Shown: positions 37,006 to 46,585 of the stretch, piece after piece
How positions within the stretch are numbered: the stretch's first letter is position 1
Layout of the letters: the number at the start of each line of letters is the position of its first letter
NCBI GenBank assembly: GCA_029856125.1
Contig: JAHQWJ010000107.1
Coordinates: 69,038 to 133,037 of the forward strand
Length of the DNA: 64,000 nt
DNA from: Promethearchaeia archaeon
Lineage (GTDB): Archaea; Asgardarchaeota; Lokiarchaeia; Sigyniarchaeales; SOKP01
Direction: 5' to 3'
Position numbers and translations under genes: made by a program
The notes under the pieces: model-generated
Told to the model about the DNA's origin: nothing
The model's input: only the letters and a program-made list of their open reading frames with translations
Databases searched by the model: none

Positions 37006-37503
37006 ATGGTATTTCATGACGCAATGTATGAATACAAAAAACAGCTAAAGAAGGGCGACATTAAAAAGGCGTATAACGGATTGATACAATATTTTAAAAA
37101 CTTGAGATCACATTTTAACGACAAATATCCTGATTTTCTTGTATCGAATAACATCTATCCTGGATACATGGATATAACATATTTTCACTTCTTCCCAAAA
37201 TCATTAAAACCTCGAAAATTGAAAATTGTGATCCTTTTTATTCATGGCACATTTCGATTTGAAGTTTGGCTTGCAGGAAATAATAAAAAAATACAAACAA
37301 AATACTTGGAATTGTTTAACGAAAACAATTGGAAGAAATACCACCTTGCATCAACGACCATAGGCGTTGATTCGATTTTAGATCACATTTTAATTGACAG
37401 CCCCGATTTTCGTGAATTAGACACATTAACAAAACAAATCGAGCGAGGGACCTTGAAATTTATCAAGGATATCGAGACCTTCCTATCTAAACAGGAAACC
37501 TGA
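37006..37503 (+). CDS. Conserved hypothetical protein (DUF7000-like)
   Basis: GGAGG RBS; YPGYMDITYF and FRFEVWLAG motifs recalled from a widespread uncharacterised family. Confidence 0.6.
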   Translation: MVFHDAMYEYKKQLKKGDIKKAYNGLIQYFKNLRSHFNDKYPDFLVSNNIYPGYMDITYFHFFPKSLKPRKLKIVILFIHGTFRFEVWLAGNNKKIQTKYLELFNENNWKKYHLASTTIGVDSILDHILIDSPDFRELDTLTKQIERGTLKFIKDIETFLSKQET

Positions 37504-37611
37504 CTCTGTTGCTTAACCGAACAAGAATTAATATTTTTGATTTAAAACGATTATATTTGAGACCCTTATTAATTCAGCAAAGAAAGTGGATCGAGAATAA
37601 AAAATAAAAAA

Positions 37612-38076
37612 TTATGATTGGATAAAGGAAGTTAATTTAAGTGCAAATTCATCAACTTTAGGTCCGTAACCTTCTTCAGCTGGCCCTTCAATTTTTTGCA
37701 TTCTAACTTCTAAATACTCAGGGCAAATTTCTCCGATACATGTTGCCTTTTTTAATGCTTTTTCCATTTGGTTTTTCTTTTTATCAGCCCATGGAGAGGC
37801 ATGAGTATAAAAAACTGCTACTTTAGGAATTGGCTCCGCTAAAGCATCAGACAATTTCTTAAGAAATTTTCGAATACCCATATCGATCTGAAATGCTACA
37901 AGACGAGCCGCAAGAACTAGTGCGATAGGTTTTTCGCTCCCGATTGCCTTTAGATCAACCTCTTTTACACTTCCTACGTCAACTTCAAAATTAGCTTTTA
38001 GCTTATCGGCCAGTTCATTAGCTAATTTTTCAGAGTTTCCAAACTTAGTATTGTGAATAAACCATATTTTTTCCAT
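37612..38076 (-). CDS. Flavodoxin-like protein
   Basis: HNTKFGNSEKLA N-terminal phosphate loop, VAVFYT, 154-aa alpha/beta size. Confidence 0.7.
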   Translation of the reverse strand: MEKIWFIHNTKFGNSEKLANELADKLKANFEVDVGSVKEVDLKAIGSEKPIALVLAARLVAFQIDMGIRKFLKKLSDALAEPIPKVAVFYTHASPWADKKKNQMEKALKKATCIGEICPEYLEVRMQKIEGPAEEGYGPKVDEFALKLTSFIQS

Positions 38077-38261
38077 TGAATTTTAACCTTCAAATCTAGT
38101 TTTAGATAATAAAAAGGTAAGGAATTAATAAAATATCTATGGTCCAATTTTTATCTCTTAAAAATAGTTTTTTGCAGAAAGATAACGAATAGTCTTATTC
38201 AAAGGATGTATAAATGAAAAAAATTGTGAATTAAAAAAATTGATTAAATTTTCTGAAGTTT

Positions 38262-39452
38262 TTATTGATATCCATTCCACTTTTGCTCAAGGTTAGGATC
38301 TTGAATTGTTTCCGTAACATATTTCGCGTATTCTTCTCCTGTTGCCCCATTATCTCTTCCAGTTAGTACTACCTTCTTCTCGTATAGAGCGCAAACATCC
38401 AGAGCCATCTCTAATTGTTTAGCTTTATCGATATATCCTATATGATTCAAGAGTAATGCCGCTGCTTTGATAATACTCGAAGGATCTGCGTATTGGGCTC
38501 TTCCCTCGTCTACCATTCGTGGAGCAGAACCGTGAATTGCTTCAAACATAGAATATTGTTTTCCAATGTTAGCAGAGCCTGCCGTTCCAACGCCTCCTTG
38601 AATCTGTGCGGCTTCGTCGGTAATGATATCTCCATAAAGGTTCGGCGCCACAAAAACTCTGAATTGGCTTTGTCTTGCGGGATCTACCAATTTAGCAGTC
38701 ATAATGTCGATATACCAATCGTCCCACTTAACTTCTGGGTATTCTTTCGCGATCTCTTCTGCTATCGCAAGGAATCTTCCATCAGTCGCTTTAACTACGT
38801 TGGCTTTTGTCACCACAGTTACTCTATTGATGTTATTCTTCTTAGCGTAATCAAACGCAAGTCGAATTATCCTATCTGCCCCTTGTCTTGTTATAACTTT
38901 GAAATCAATAGAAAGATCTTCAGAAATGTTTAATCCTTGAGATCCAAGTACGTAAGCACCTTCAGTATTTTCTCTGAAAAACATCCAATCTATGTTCTTT
39001 TCAGGGACTTTTACTGGGCGAACGTTTGCAAAAAGATCCAATTCACGTCTCATAGTAACATTAGCACTTTCGATGTTTGGCCATTTATCTCCTTTTCGTG
39101 GAGTCGTAGTAGGCCCTTTGAGTAGGACGTGACATTTCTTTATTTCTACTAATACATCGTCAGGTATTGCTTTCATTACTTTTGCTCTGTTTTCAATAGT
39201 CAAACCTTCGATTACTCTAAGTTCAACACTTCCCTCCTCAACTTCTTCTTTTAGCAAGAATTCCAAAATGGATTGCGCATGTTTTGTAATATACGGGCCA
39301 ATGCCATCACCACCAACGAGACCAATGATAATCGGTTTTATCGTTGTGTAATCGACCCAGTCTCCCGCTCTTTTCATTCGTTCGACTCTTTCTAACTGTT
39401 CTTTTACTAACTTCTCAAAATGGTTTTTTGCGTCTTCAATTCTTTTGTCCAT
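38262..39452 (-). CDS. Isocitrate/isopropylmalate dehydrogenase family, IDH-type substrate motif
   Basis: GDGIGP, SANVTMRRELD (SxNxxxR), RENTEG, PNLYGDIITD, EAIHGSAP. Confidence 0.82.
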   Translation of the reverse strand: MDKRIEDAKNHFEKLVKEQLERVERMKRAGDWVDYTTIKPIIIGLVGGDGIGPYITKHAQSILEFLLKEEVEEGSVELRVIEGLTIENRAKVMKAIPDDVLVEIKKCHVLLKGPTTTPRKGDKWPNIESANVTMRRELDLFANVRPVKVPEKNIDWMFFRENTEGAYVLGSQGLNISEDLSIDFKVITRQGADRIIRLAFDYAKKNNINRVTVVTKANVVKATDGRFLAIAEEIAKEYPEVKWDDWYIDIMTAKLVDPARQSQFRVFVAPNLYGDIITDEAAQIQGGVGTAGSANIGKQYSMFEAIHGSAPRMVDEGRAQYADPSSIIKAAALLLNHIGYIDKAKQLEMALDVCALYEKKVVLTGRDNGATGEEYAKYVTETIQDPNLEQKWNGYQ

Positions 39453-39730
39453 TTTTATTTTTCCCTATTCGTTTATTGATTATTTAAAAAATCATTTTCT
39501 ATGTATGTAATTTCTAATCTCTTAAAAAGTGAACTGATTAATTTTCTCCCACAAGTATCCACGAATTGAATTAAGAACTGCAAGCAATTTCTATTCAATC
39601 GACTAAAAAGAGTTAGGAGTTAGGTATTTTGATGAATCCCGATGTTTAAAATTAAAGAATACCTATAAAAAATTGTTCAAAAAAAGTATGTTAGATTAAA
39701 TTATGATGCTTTTCATTAGGTGAATATAAG

Positions 39731-40498
39731 ATGTTGATACCCATTTTCATTACCTGTTTTGCCATATTCGGTGGAATAATGATTGGAATTTATATGATCA
39801 AATATAAAGGGCTTCCTATTGATGTTTGGAAACCGGGTGCCGCATGGACACGAGCATTTATCTATTTTTGCTTCTGTAACATATTTATTGCTGCTTCTGG
39901 AACGCTTGAACAAATATTTAGTAGATCTTTATTCACTCCGGAGCAAATCTCAAACCCTTATTGGAAGTCATACTTAATTTTCTGCTTTATCTTTGTTTTT
40001 ATAGCATATGCGATTATCTGGCCCAGGAGTACTCTTAAATTCGACCGAAAATATTATCTTGGCTCGGAAATCATATTTGGTATTATTTGGGGTTTTAGTA
40101 CTGGGGGACTTCTTCTTTCATTTTACCACCTTTGGAGTTTGTTAAGTATTCCTCCGTGGGCAATTTATGTTTTAAGCTTTAGTTGCATTGGTGCGTGGCA
40201 GTTTTTCATACACGCGTATTTCTGGGATATTTATGTTAGTCCCGAGCATGACACGCCTAAATCGATTCTCATTAAAACCTTTGCCTGCCACTTACCCAAT
40301 TCACTAATTAGTTTAGGTTTTCTTACTATTTGGAGTAATTATGCTATATTTATCTTTATCTTTATTATAGCATTGACCTCATCAACTATTGCACAAAGAT
40401 TTCCCGCTCCTTGGGCTAAAGGTAACTTTCACGCTCCTATGGTCAAATCTGGAATCTTTGGTTTGCCTTATGGTTCTGGATACGAAGAAAAAAAGTAA
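39731..40498 (+). CDS. Hypothetical integral membrane protein
   Basis: About seven hydrophobic segments; GGTGA RBS. Confidence 0.65.
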   Translation: MLIPIFITCFAIFGGIMIGIYMIKYKGLPIDVWKPGAAWTRAFIYFCFCNIFIAASGTLEQIFSRSLFTPEQISNPYWKSYLIFCFIFVFIAYAIIWPRSTLKFDRKYYLGSEIIFGIIWGFSTGGLLLSFYHLWSLLSIPPWAIYVLSFSCIGAWQFFIHAYFWDIYVSPEHDTPKSILIKTFACHLPNSLISLGFLTIWSNYAIFIFIFIIALTSSTIAQRFPAPWAKGNFHAPMVKSGIFGLPYGSGYEEKK

Positions 40499-40575
40499 TA
40501 TTGATCGAATTGTCCGATTTATTAATTTAAGTTGTAAAAAGAAATAAGTAAAAAATATCTTAGATTATGTTTAAA

Positions 40576-42411
40576 CTAATCTGAGAATAATATTTCATCC
40601 CACGGTTGGCGATATAAGCCAGCTCTTTGGCGTTTCTGATCGAACACATGCCCCATCATTCCAATTGTCCTTCCAAGCACAAAAAGACCGTTTAATGCTT
40701 CACTATGGATTACATCTTCAATTTCTTCTTGAGTAAAATCCAAATTTTCGAGTAAGTCTAAAAAGGTAATTCCAATACATCCGTCTACATTCAAAATCAA
40801 ATTATTTCTTTTGGACGTAGTAAGTTTTTCAACTTCAAGAGCGTAATCAAGATGAAGATGTTTTTCAAAGTTTTTAAGCACAAACTCCTTTAACAATTGA
40901 ACCCTTACATCAGGATTTTGAACTGATTTTATTCTGTGTCCAATTCCTGGGATGTTAATCTGCACTACCTCTTTCATGTAACCCATAAATTCTAATGGAT
41001 TCATTCCTTTTTGTAAAGCTTCTCTGAAATATTTAGCTGCGTTCGAAATTGCTCCACCGAATCTTGGTCCGATTGTGAGGATACCTGAAGCAAGCGAGGA
41101 CATTAAGTCTTTACCTGCGCGTGCGGTAATTATTGCGTTATGAGCACCTGAAACTGCTGGACCGTGGTCAGCCGTCAATTTTATGACTATTTCAATAAAC
41201 TCTTGGGCAAACACTGGTAACTCTTTCTTAAACCATAATAAACCGATTACATATCCTATCGATTTTTTATTTTTAATTATTGTGTCTAATCCGATACCAG
41301 CAAAAGTAGGAACATCTCCTCTGTCATCTGAAATGGTAACCACTACATCAGTGGGTCTTCGAACTTTTCCCAATCGAACAGCTGTGTTATAATCCATTGG
41401 AATTGCTGGTGGTTCAAATTCTTCAATAGGTTGAATCACTCCTTCTTGTTTTAATTTTTCGAAGGTTTTCTTTATTTCTTTGTCCAAATCTTCATATGAG
41501 TCTGGCACTATTGCTCCTGCTTCCTTCAAAGCTCGATTTTTCGCATCTGCAGTCTCTTTCGAGCTGTCAGCCATCGCACCCGCGTGTCCAAATTGTAATC
41601 CCTTAGGTAAAATTTTGGCCGCTGTTCCCGTTACCCAAACTACTATTGGTTTTGTTATTTTTCCGTTATTCAAAGCGTCCACTATCGCATATTCGTCAGT
41701 TCCACCGATCTCTCCTAATGTTACTAACATTTTAATTTTAGGATTTGCTTCGTATCGCATTAAATGATCGATTAATCTCGAACCCGGATATCTATCACCG
41801 CCGATAGCTATGCCTTCATATACACCATCGGTTGTTTGACTTATCATAAAATTCATTTCGTTGCTTAAGCCACCTGATTTTGAAACGAAGCCAACTGAGC
41901 CTGGTCGATATAATTTGGAAAGTGTAATATTTTCTAAAGTTCCTGCTGTATTTCCAATTTTAAAAGCCCCCGCTACAATTCCTCCTACGGTAGCTGGACC
42001 AATAATATTCTTCTTCCTCTCTTCTGCGATTTTTATTAATTCTCGACTTAGTCTTTCAGGAATGCCTTCAGCTATAATAACTACTGTGCGAATTGTATCA
42101 GATTCAAGAGCTTCTTTACTAGTTTCGTACGAGGATCTAAAGGAAGCAAAATTTATCATCACATCAGCGTTAGGGTGTTTTTTCATAGCTAAATCAAGCG
42201 TTTTATAAATAGGTATAACTATTTCTCTATTTCCGAAAAAAACCTTGTGATAACTGATTGCAGCAGTTTGAGTTGGTCTGATTATTGCTGCCACTGAATG
42301 ATTTTCTCTTTTACTCACAAAATCAAAATCAAGCATTCTTTGAATAGGATTTCTCTGAAATCCGTAGATTATTGCTTGAGTATTCCTATTAAAAAGTTCG
42401 TAATCTTCCAT
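40576..42411 (-). CDS. aclA: ATP-citrate lyase large (catalytic) subunit
   Basis: INFASFRS, IGPATVGG, phospho-His QFGHAGA, citryl-CoA lyase domain ADHGPAVSGAHN, IPGIGHRIKS, LILNVDG. Confidence 0.93.
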   Translation of the reverse strand: MEDYELFNRNTQAIIYGFQRNPIQRMLDFDFVSKRENHSVAAIIRPTQTAAISYHKVFFGNREIVIPIYKTLDLAMKKHPNADVMINFASFRSSYETSKEALESDTIRTVVIIAEGIPERLSRELIKIAEERKKNIIGPATVGGIVAGAFKIGNTAGTLENITLSKLYRPGSVGFVSKSGGLSNEMNFMISQTTDGVYEGIAIGGDRYPGSRLIDHLMRYEANPKIKMLVTLGEIGGTDEYAIVDALNNGKITKPIVVWVTGTAAKILPKGLQFGHAGAMADSSKETADAKNRALKEAGAIVPDSYEDLDKEIKKTFEKLKQEGVIQPIEEFEPPAIPMDYNTAVRLGKVRRPTDVVVTISDDRGDVPTFAGIGLDTIIKNKKSIGYVIGLLWFKKELPVFAQEFIEIVIKLTADHGPAVSGAHNAIITARAGKDLMSSLASGILTIGPRFGGAISNAAKYFREALQKGMNPLEFMGYMKEVVQINIPGIGHRIKSVQNPDVRVQLLKEFVLKNFEKHLHLDYALEVEKLTTSKRNNLILNVDGCIGITFLDLLENLDFTQEEIEDVIHSEALNGLFVLGRTIGMMGHVFDQKRQRAGLYRQPWDEILFSD

Positions 42412-42412
42412 T

Positions 42413-43711
42413 TTAAGCCCCTCCCGCTTCTTCTGCTTGTTTAATTAAATCTACGACTCTTGTCATGTGTGTGTATCGATCATATACTTCTATCGGAACT
42501 CCTGTCTCCTCTCCAACTTGTTTCATTAGCTCTAGACCCTGTTTTTCGTTAGGTCCACCTCTTCGCACATAAATTTTAACTTTGGCTTCTTTTAGCTTTT
42601 CAACTGAATTCTTGATGGCACTAACAATTCCAGTAAAAGTAGCTTTTACATCAGTAAAATTAGCAATTCCTCCACCAATTATGAGATATTTTGATCTCCC
42701 CGCGGGGTCAGGAGTTTCTGTTATAAGATCTATGATTGTTTGAGCGTAAATTTCGGTGTATTCCCGTGATGGGTTGCCAGAATATTCTCCGTAATTCCCC
42801 AATTCTTCTCCTAATCCTAAGTCCACAATTGTATCGGTGTAGATAACTGAAGCCCCTCCACCAGCGACCATAGTCCAAACTCGACCGACTGGATTCAATA
42901 TTTTTAATTTGAGGGAAGCACCTGTTTTTTCGTCTAATTCCCGTATATACGCTTCTTTTTCAGACATAACTTGTCCAAAACCAGCTGGAAAATCAATCGG
43001 ATTGTTAGGATTTCCCCACGTATCGGCGTGAAGAAACATAGCAGTATCGTCTAATCTAGCTTTAACATCCAATGGAACCACTTTGTTATCTTGAGTGATT
43101 GCGAAGGGGTTGATTTCAAGAAAAGCAAAATCTTGATCGACAAACACCTGATAAAGTCCCTTAATAAACGGAATTAAAACTCCTTTAGACTCCCCTAAAT
43201 CTGGCATTTTACTCCCTAAATCAAATGAATTAATGTCTATTCCAATAGGCACAGGTATGTGAATGACTTTATCCCAATTTTCTTCCACGAAAATCCCTCC
43301 TTCAAAACTAAAATGAATGACATCTCCATCTCGTTCGTTTGTAATTGAAACATAGTATTCTTTTTCGTGAGGAATGAAAGGTTCTACAAGTAAACGCTTC
43401 AATGCGCCCCTAACATTTCCAATTTCGCAGACCCTATCCAAATTGCTATAACAGAAATCTTTCATTTCATCGCAACTTGCATCTAACAAGAGTAAGTTTG
43501 CCTTCCCTCTTTTTCCAAAAAGCTGGTCAGGTTTAACAACTACTTTTTCTGTATTAATCCAAGGATTTTCAGAGATTGCTTTCTCTAAGTCAGTTTCGCA
43601 GTCTATAATGACTAACTTGTTATGATATTTAAAATCTGGATAATAATTTGGTAATTCGCTCGCTATGAGCTTTTTTGCGTCATACTCATAGATATTTTTT
43701 TGAGCACACAA
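42413..43711 (-). CDS. aclB: ATP-citrate lyase small (ATP-grasp/citrate-binding) subunit
   Basis: VVKPDQLFGKRGK, ASLKLKILNP, WTMVAGGGASV, NYGEYSGNP, GGGIANFTDV, YVRRGGPN. Confidence 0.93.
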   Translation of the reverse strand: MCAQKNIYEYDAKKLIASELPNYYPDFKYHNKLVIIDCETDLEKAISENPWINTEKVVVKPDQLFGKRGKANLLLLDASCDEMKDFCYSNLDRVCEIGNVRGALKRLLVEPFIPHEKEYYVSITNERDGDVIHFSFEGGIFVEENWDKVIHIPVPIGIDINSFDLGSKMPDLGESKGVLIPFIKGLYQVFVDQDFAFLEINPFAITQDNKVVPLDVKARLDDTAMFLHADTWGNPNNPIDFPAGFGQVMSEKEAYIRELDEKTGASLKLKILNPVGRVWTMVAGGGASVIYTDTIVDLGLGEELGNYGEYSGNPSREYTEIYAQTIIDLITETPDPAGRSKYLIIGGGIANFTDVKATFTGIVSAIKNSVEKLKEAKVKIYVRRGGPNEKQGLELMKQVGEETGVPIEVYDRYTHMTRVVDLIKQAEEAGGA

Positions 43712-43991
43712 TTTTCTCTCTTTCCTATATTTTATTTTTAATATTATGTCAAAGATTTATAATAAGTGTAAACTCGTCTTTAATAAAAATTTTACTTACA
43801 TGTTTAATATGGGATTCTTTTCCCTTTTGTATGGCAAATGCTTTAAATTTTTCAAGGATTAGTATGATGTAAATTAAAGGTGATTCGATTTTGAGCTTAA
43901 CTGGGCACTTTATAGATAATAAACAATTAATTTAAATGAACATCATGATAATAATATCCTAAATACTTAGACTAAAAGAAGGATTTCAACA

Positions 43992-45347
43992 TTGCATTAC
44001 GATTTAATTATTATTGGTGCTGGTACTTCTGGTTTTCCATCAGCTAAAATCGCTGCCGGGTATGGAAAGAAAGTTCTTTTGTTAGGCGATGGTGCTTTGG
44101 GTGGAAAATGTATAGAAAATGGTTGTATTCCCGCTAAAGCGATGATATACGCTGCCCATCTGTATAAACTCGCACTTAAAGCGGAAAATTTTGGTGTTGA
44201 AGTAAAAAATACAAAATTGAATTTTAAGAAAGTACTTGAATACACTAATAAATTGGTACGCGACGCAATAGAAGATAATGAAAAACAAATAGCGGAATTT
44301 AAGAATGTTGACTACATAAAGGAAAGGGGACATTGTATAAGCGACTCCTCTGTGGAAGTAGGAAATGAAGTTCATACAACAACCAATATCTTAATCTCTA
44401 CTGGAACAAAACCATTTATTCCTCCCATTGAAGGTATTGACGATGTCGATTATTTAACGCACGAAACTATATTTAATATCGAGGAAATTCCGAAATCAAT
44501 AGTGTTTGTAGGAGGAGGATTTATTTCCTTAGAATTTGCAAATGTATTTAACAGCTTTGGCAGCAAAGTCTACATAATTGATACAAACCCTCTCCCTATC
44601 TTTGCAGCGGATGAAGCAGTATCATCAGCAATAAAAACATATTATGAAGAGGATGGTATAATCTTTTATTCTAATTCGCGCACATCAAAAGTATCTAAAA
44701 TATCAGATAAAATTCTCGTGGAAACAAATAAGGGAGATAAAATCGAAGTAGAAAAAGTCATGCTGTCAACGGGTTTCTTAGCACATACTGAAGGGCTTAA
44801 TTTAGAAGCAGCCGGTGTTGAAACTGATGCGAGGGGAAATATCATCGTTAACGAATTTCTTCAAACTTCTAAACCTAACATTTATGCGATTGGAGATATA
44901 TTGGGTAAAACGCAATTTACTCACATGGCTCTAAGGGAATCCAAAATTGTTATTCATAATATGTTTAACGAAACTAAAATTCCTGTTACTTTTGAAAATA
45001 TACCCTACGCAGTGTTCACAGATCCTCCTATTGGTTCTGTAGGAAAAACGGAGCAACAATTAATAGAGGATAGAGTTGAATACAATGTTGTTCAAACCGT
45101 TTTTCCAAAAAATTCTAGAGCGCATTTAATGAAACTTAAGCGTGGCATCATGAAATTACTCTATAATAACGAGGATCAAATACTAGGGTGCCACATTATT
45201 GGAGAAGGAGCAGATATTTTAATCCATGAAATTGTCCCTCTTATTCATCTACCAAAGGGAATGCAGACTTTTCGAAAGTTAATACACGCACACCCAACTC
45301 TCTCTGAACTGTTTAGAAATTTACAAGAACAGATAGGTTTTTTCTAA
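43992..45347 (+). CDS. Class I pyridine nucleotide-disulfide oxidoreductase (dihydrolipoamide dehydrogenase-like)
   Basis: IGAGTSG, redox disulfide GGKCIENGCIP, GGGFISLE, C-terminal HAHPTLSE. Confidence 0.85.
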   Translation: MHYDLIIIGAGTSGFPSAKIAAGYGKKVLLLGDGALGGKCIENGCIPAKAMIYAAHLYKLALKAENFGVEVKNTKLNFKKVLEYTNKLVRDAIEDNEKQIAEFKNVDYIKERGHCISDSSVEVGNEVHTTTNILISTGTKPFIPPIEGIDDVDYLTHETIFNIEEIPKSIVFVGGGFISLEFANVFNSFGSKVYIIDTNPLPIFAADEAVSSAIKTYYEEDGIIFYSNSRTSKVSKISDKILVETNKGDKIEVEKVMLSTGFLAHTEGLNLEAAGVETDARGNIIVNEFLQTSKPNIYAIGDILGKTQFTHMALRESKIVIHNMFNETKIPVTFENIPYAVFTDPPIGSVGKTEQQLIEDRVEYNVVQTVFPKNSRAHLMKLKRGIMKLLYNNEDQILGCHIIGEGADILIHEIVPLIHLPKGMQTFRKLIHAHPTLSELFRNLQEQIGFF

Positions 45348-45353
45348 CTTATT

Positions 45354-45710
45354 CTAAAGTTTAGTAGTATCAAGATTTTCTAATGGAATCCAACCCATTT
45401 TTCCACTTTCATTTTCAATACTTGCCCATCCACTTTCTATTTCTTTTATTTTGACAAATTCTCCCTTTGATGCTGAGATCTCAAAAGAATTGTAAGCACG
45501 GATGAACTGGAACTCTTCAGATGAATCCTTTACTGGAATAACGAAGGCTTTAGGGGCCCAACCGAAAATTCCATTTTTATTTTTGCAATATAACCATCCT
45601 TCCCATTGAGTAGGTTTTTCTTTACCATTAACAATTTCACCTTTTTCAGCTTGAAAAGGAATCAACACATCTGAATGATGAGATTTAATCACTTTTACTT
45701 TATTTATCAT
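45354..45710 (-). CDS. Tandem SH3-domain protein
   Basis: Two repeats of KGE...GW...G.xGWxP (EGWLYC...GIFGWAP; SGWASI...GKMGWIPLENL). Confidence 0.7.
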   Translation of the reverse strand: MINKVKVIKSHHSDVLIPFQAEKGEIVNGKEKPTQWEGWLYCKNKNGIFGWAPKAFVIPVKDSSEEFQFIRAYNSFEISASKGEFVKIKEIESGWASIENESGKMGWIPLENLDTTKL

Positions 45711-45723
45711 CGTATTTCTTAAT

Positions 45724-46584
45724 TCAATGAAATTCTTTAATCATTTTTGGAACATCCCAGGGAGTATCCGCGATTAAGGCACCTGCCTTTTGAAGAGCTT
45801 TTATCTTACCTTGGGCCGTGCCAAAATCTCCTGAGATAATTGCTCCCGCATGACCCATTCTTTTCCCTTCTGGAGCGCTTTTTCCTGCAATATATGCTAT
45901 TACGGGTTTAGAAACGTGCTCTTTGATGTATTCTGCAGTTTTTTCTTCCTCGTCACTTCCAATTTCTCCTATAAGAACAATGGTTTTAGTTATTGGATCC
46001 TCTGAGTAATACGCTACAGCTTCTTGCATAGGTGTTCCCCTCACAGGGTCTCCGCCTATCCCTATGTATGCTGAAACACCGATATTTTCGTTTCCAACTG
46101 CTTTTGTTATCTCATAAGATAAAGTTCCACTTTTTGAAATTATTGCGACATCTCCGTAATGACACATATTACCGGGCATTATTCCTAATTTAATCTTATC
46201 AGGAATTAACATTCCTGGACTATTTGGACCGATTAAATTTGAACCTTTTTCCTTGGCTTTCTCAACAAGCTTAATCATATCAAACACGGGAACGTTCTCG
46301 GTTATAATAACCGTCATTTTGATCCCCGCATTTAAACTTTCCATGGCTGCTGCTAAAGTAAATCTAGCGGGAACAAAAATAATGCTTGTGTCTGCACTAG
46401 TTTCGTGCGTCACTTCTTTTATTCCGTTAAAAATAGGTATACCGTATACCTCTTGGCCCCCCTTTCCTGGGGTCACACCTGCGACAATATTAGTGCCATA
46501 TTCAACCATTAATTTCGTGTGAAACATCCCTTGCGTTCCCGTGATACCTTGTACAACAACTTTTGAATTTTCGCTAATATACAT
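45724..46584 (-). CDS. sucD: Succinyl-CoA synthetase alpha subunit
   Basis: VQGITGTQG, GVTPGKGG, IGPNSPG, SKSGTLSYE, RMGHAGA; ATG one base after sucC stop. Confidence 0.93.
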   Translation of the reverse strand: MYISENSKVVVQGITGTQGMFHTKLMVEYGTNIVAGVTPGKGGQEVYGIPIFNGIKEVTHETSADTSIIFVPARFTLAAAMESLNAGIKMTVIITENVPVFDMIKLVEKAKEKGSNLIGPNSPGMLIPDKIKLGIMPGNMCHYGDVAIISKSGTLSYEITKAVGNENIGVSAYIGIGGDPVRGTPMQEAVAYYSEDPITKTIVLIGEIGSDEEEKTAEYIKEHVSKPVIAYIAGKSAPEGKRMGHAGAIISGDFGTAQGKIKALQKAGALIADTPWDVPKMIKEFH

Positions 46585-46585
46585 T

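Noticed and set aside
39621-39665. 8-bp inverted repeat (TAGGTATT...AATACCTA) in the long leader upstream of the IDH gene as a riboswitch or ncRNA
   Set aside because: Short and AT-rich, with no recognisable RNA family features.
43758-43930. Open frame of roughly 55 codons on the minus strand upstream of aclB (IKCPVKLKIESP...)
   Set aside because: No canonical start or SD found and no recognisable motif; plausible by chance in AT-rich DNA.
43992-45347. Mercuric reductase MerA
   Set aside because: No C-terminal Cys-Cys pair, no metal-binding N-domain, no mer genes.
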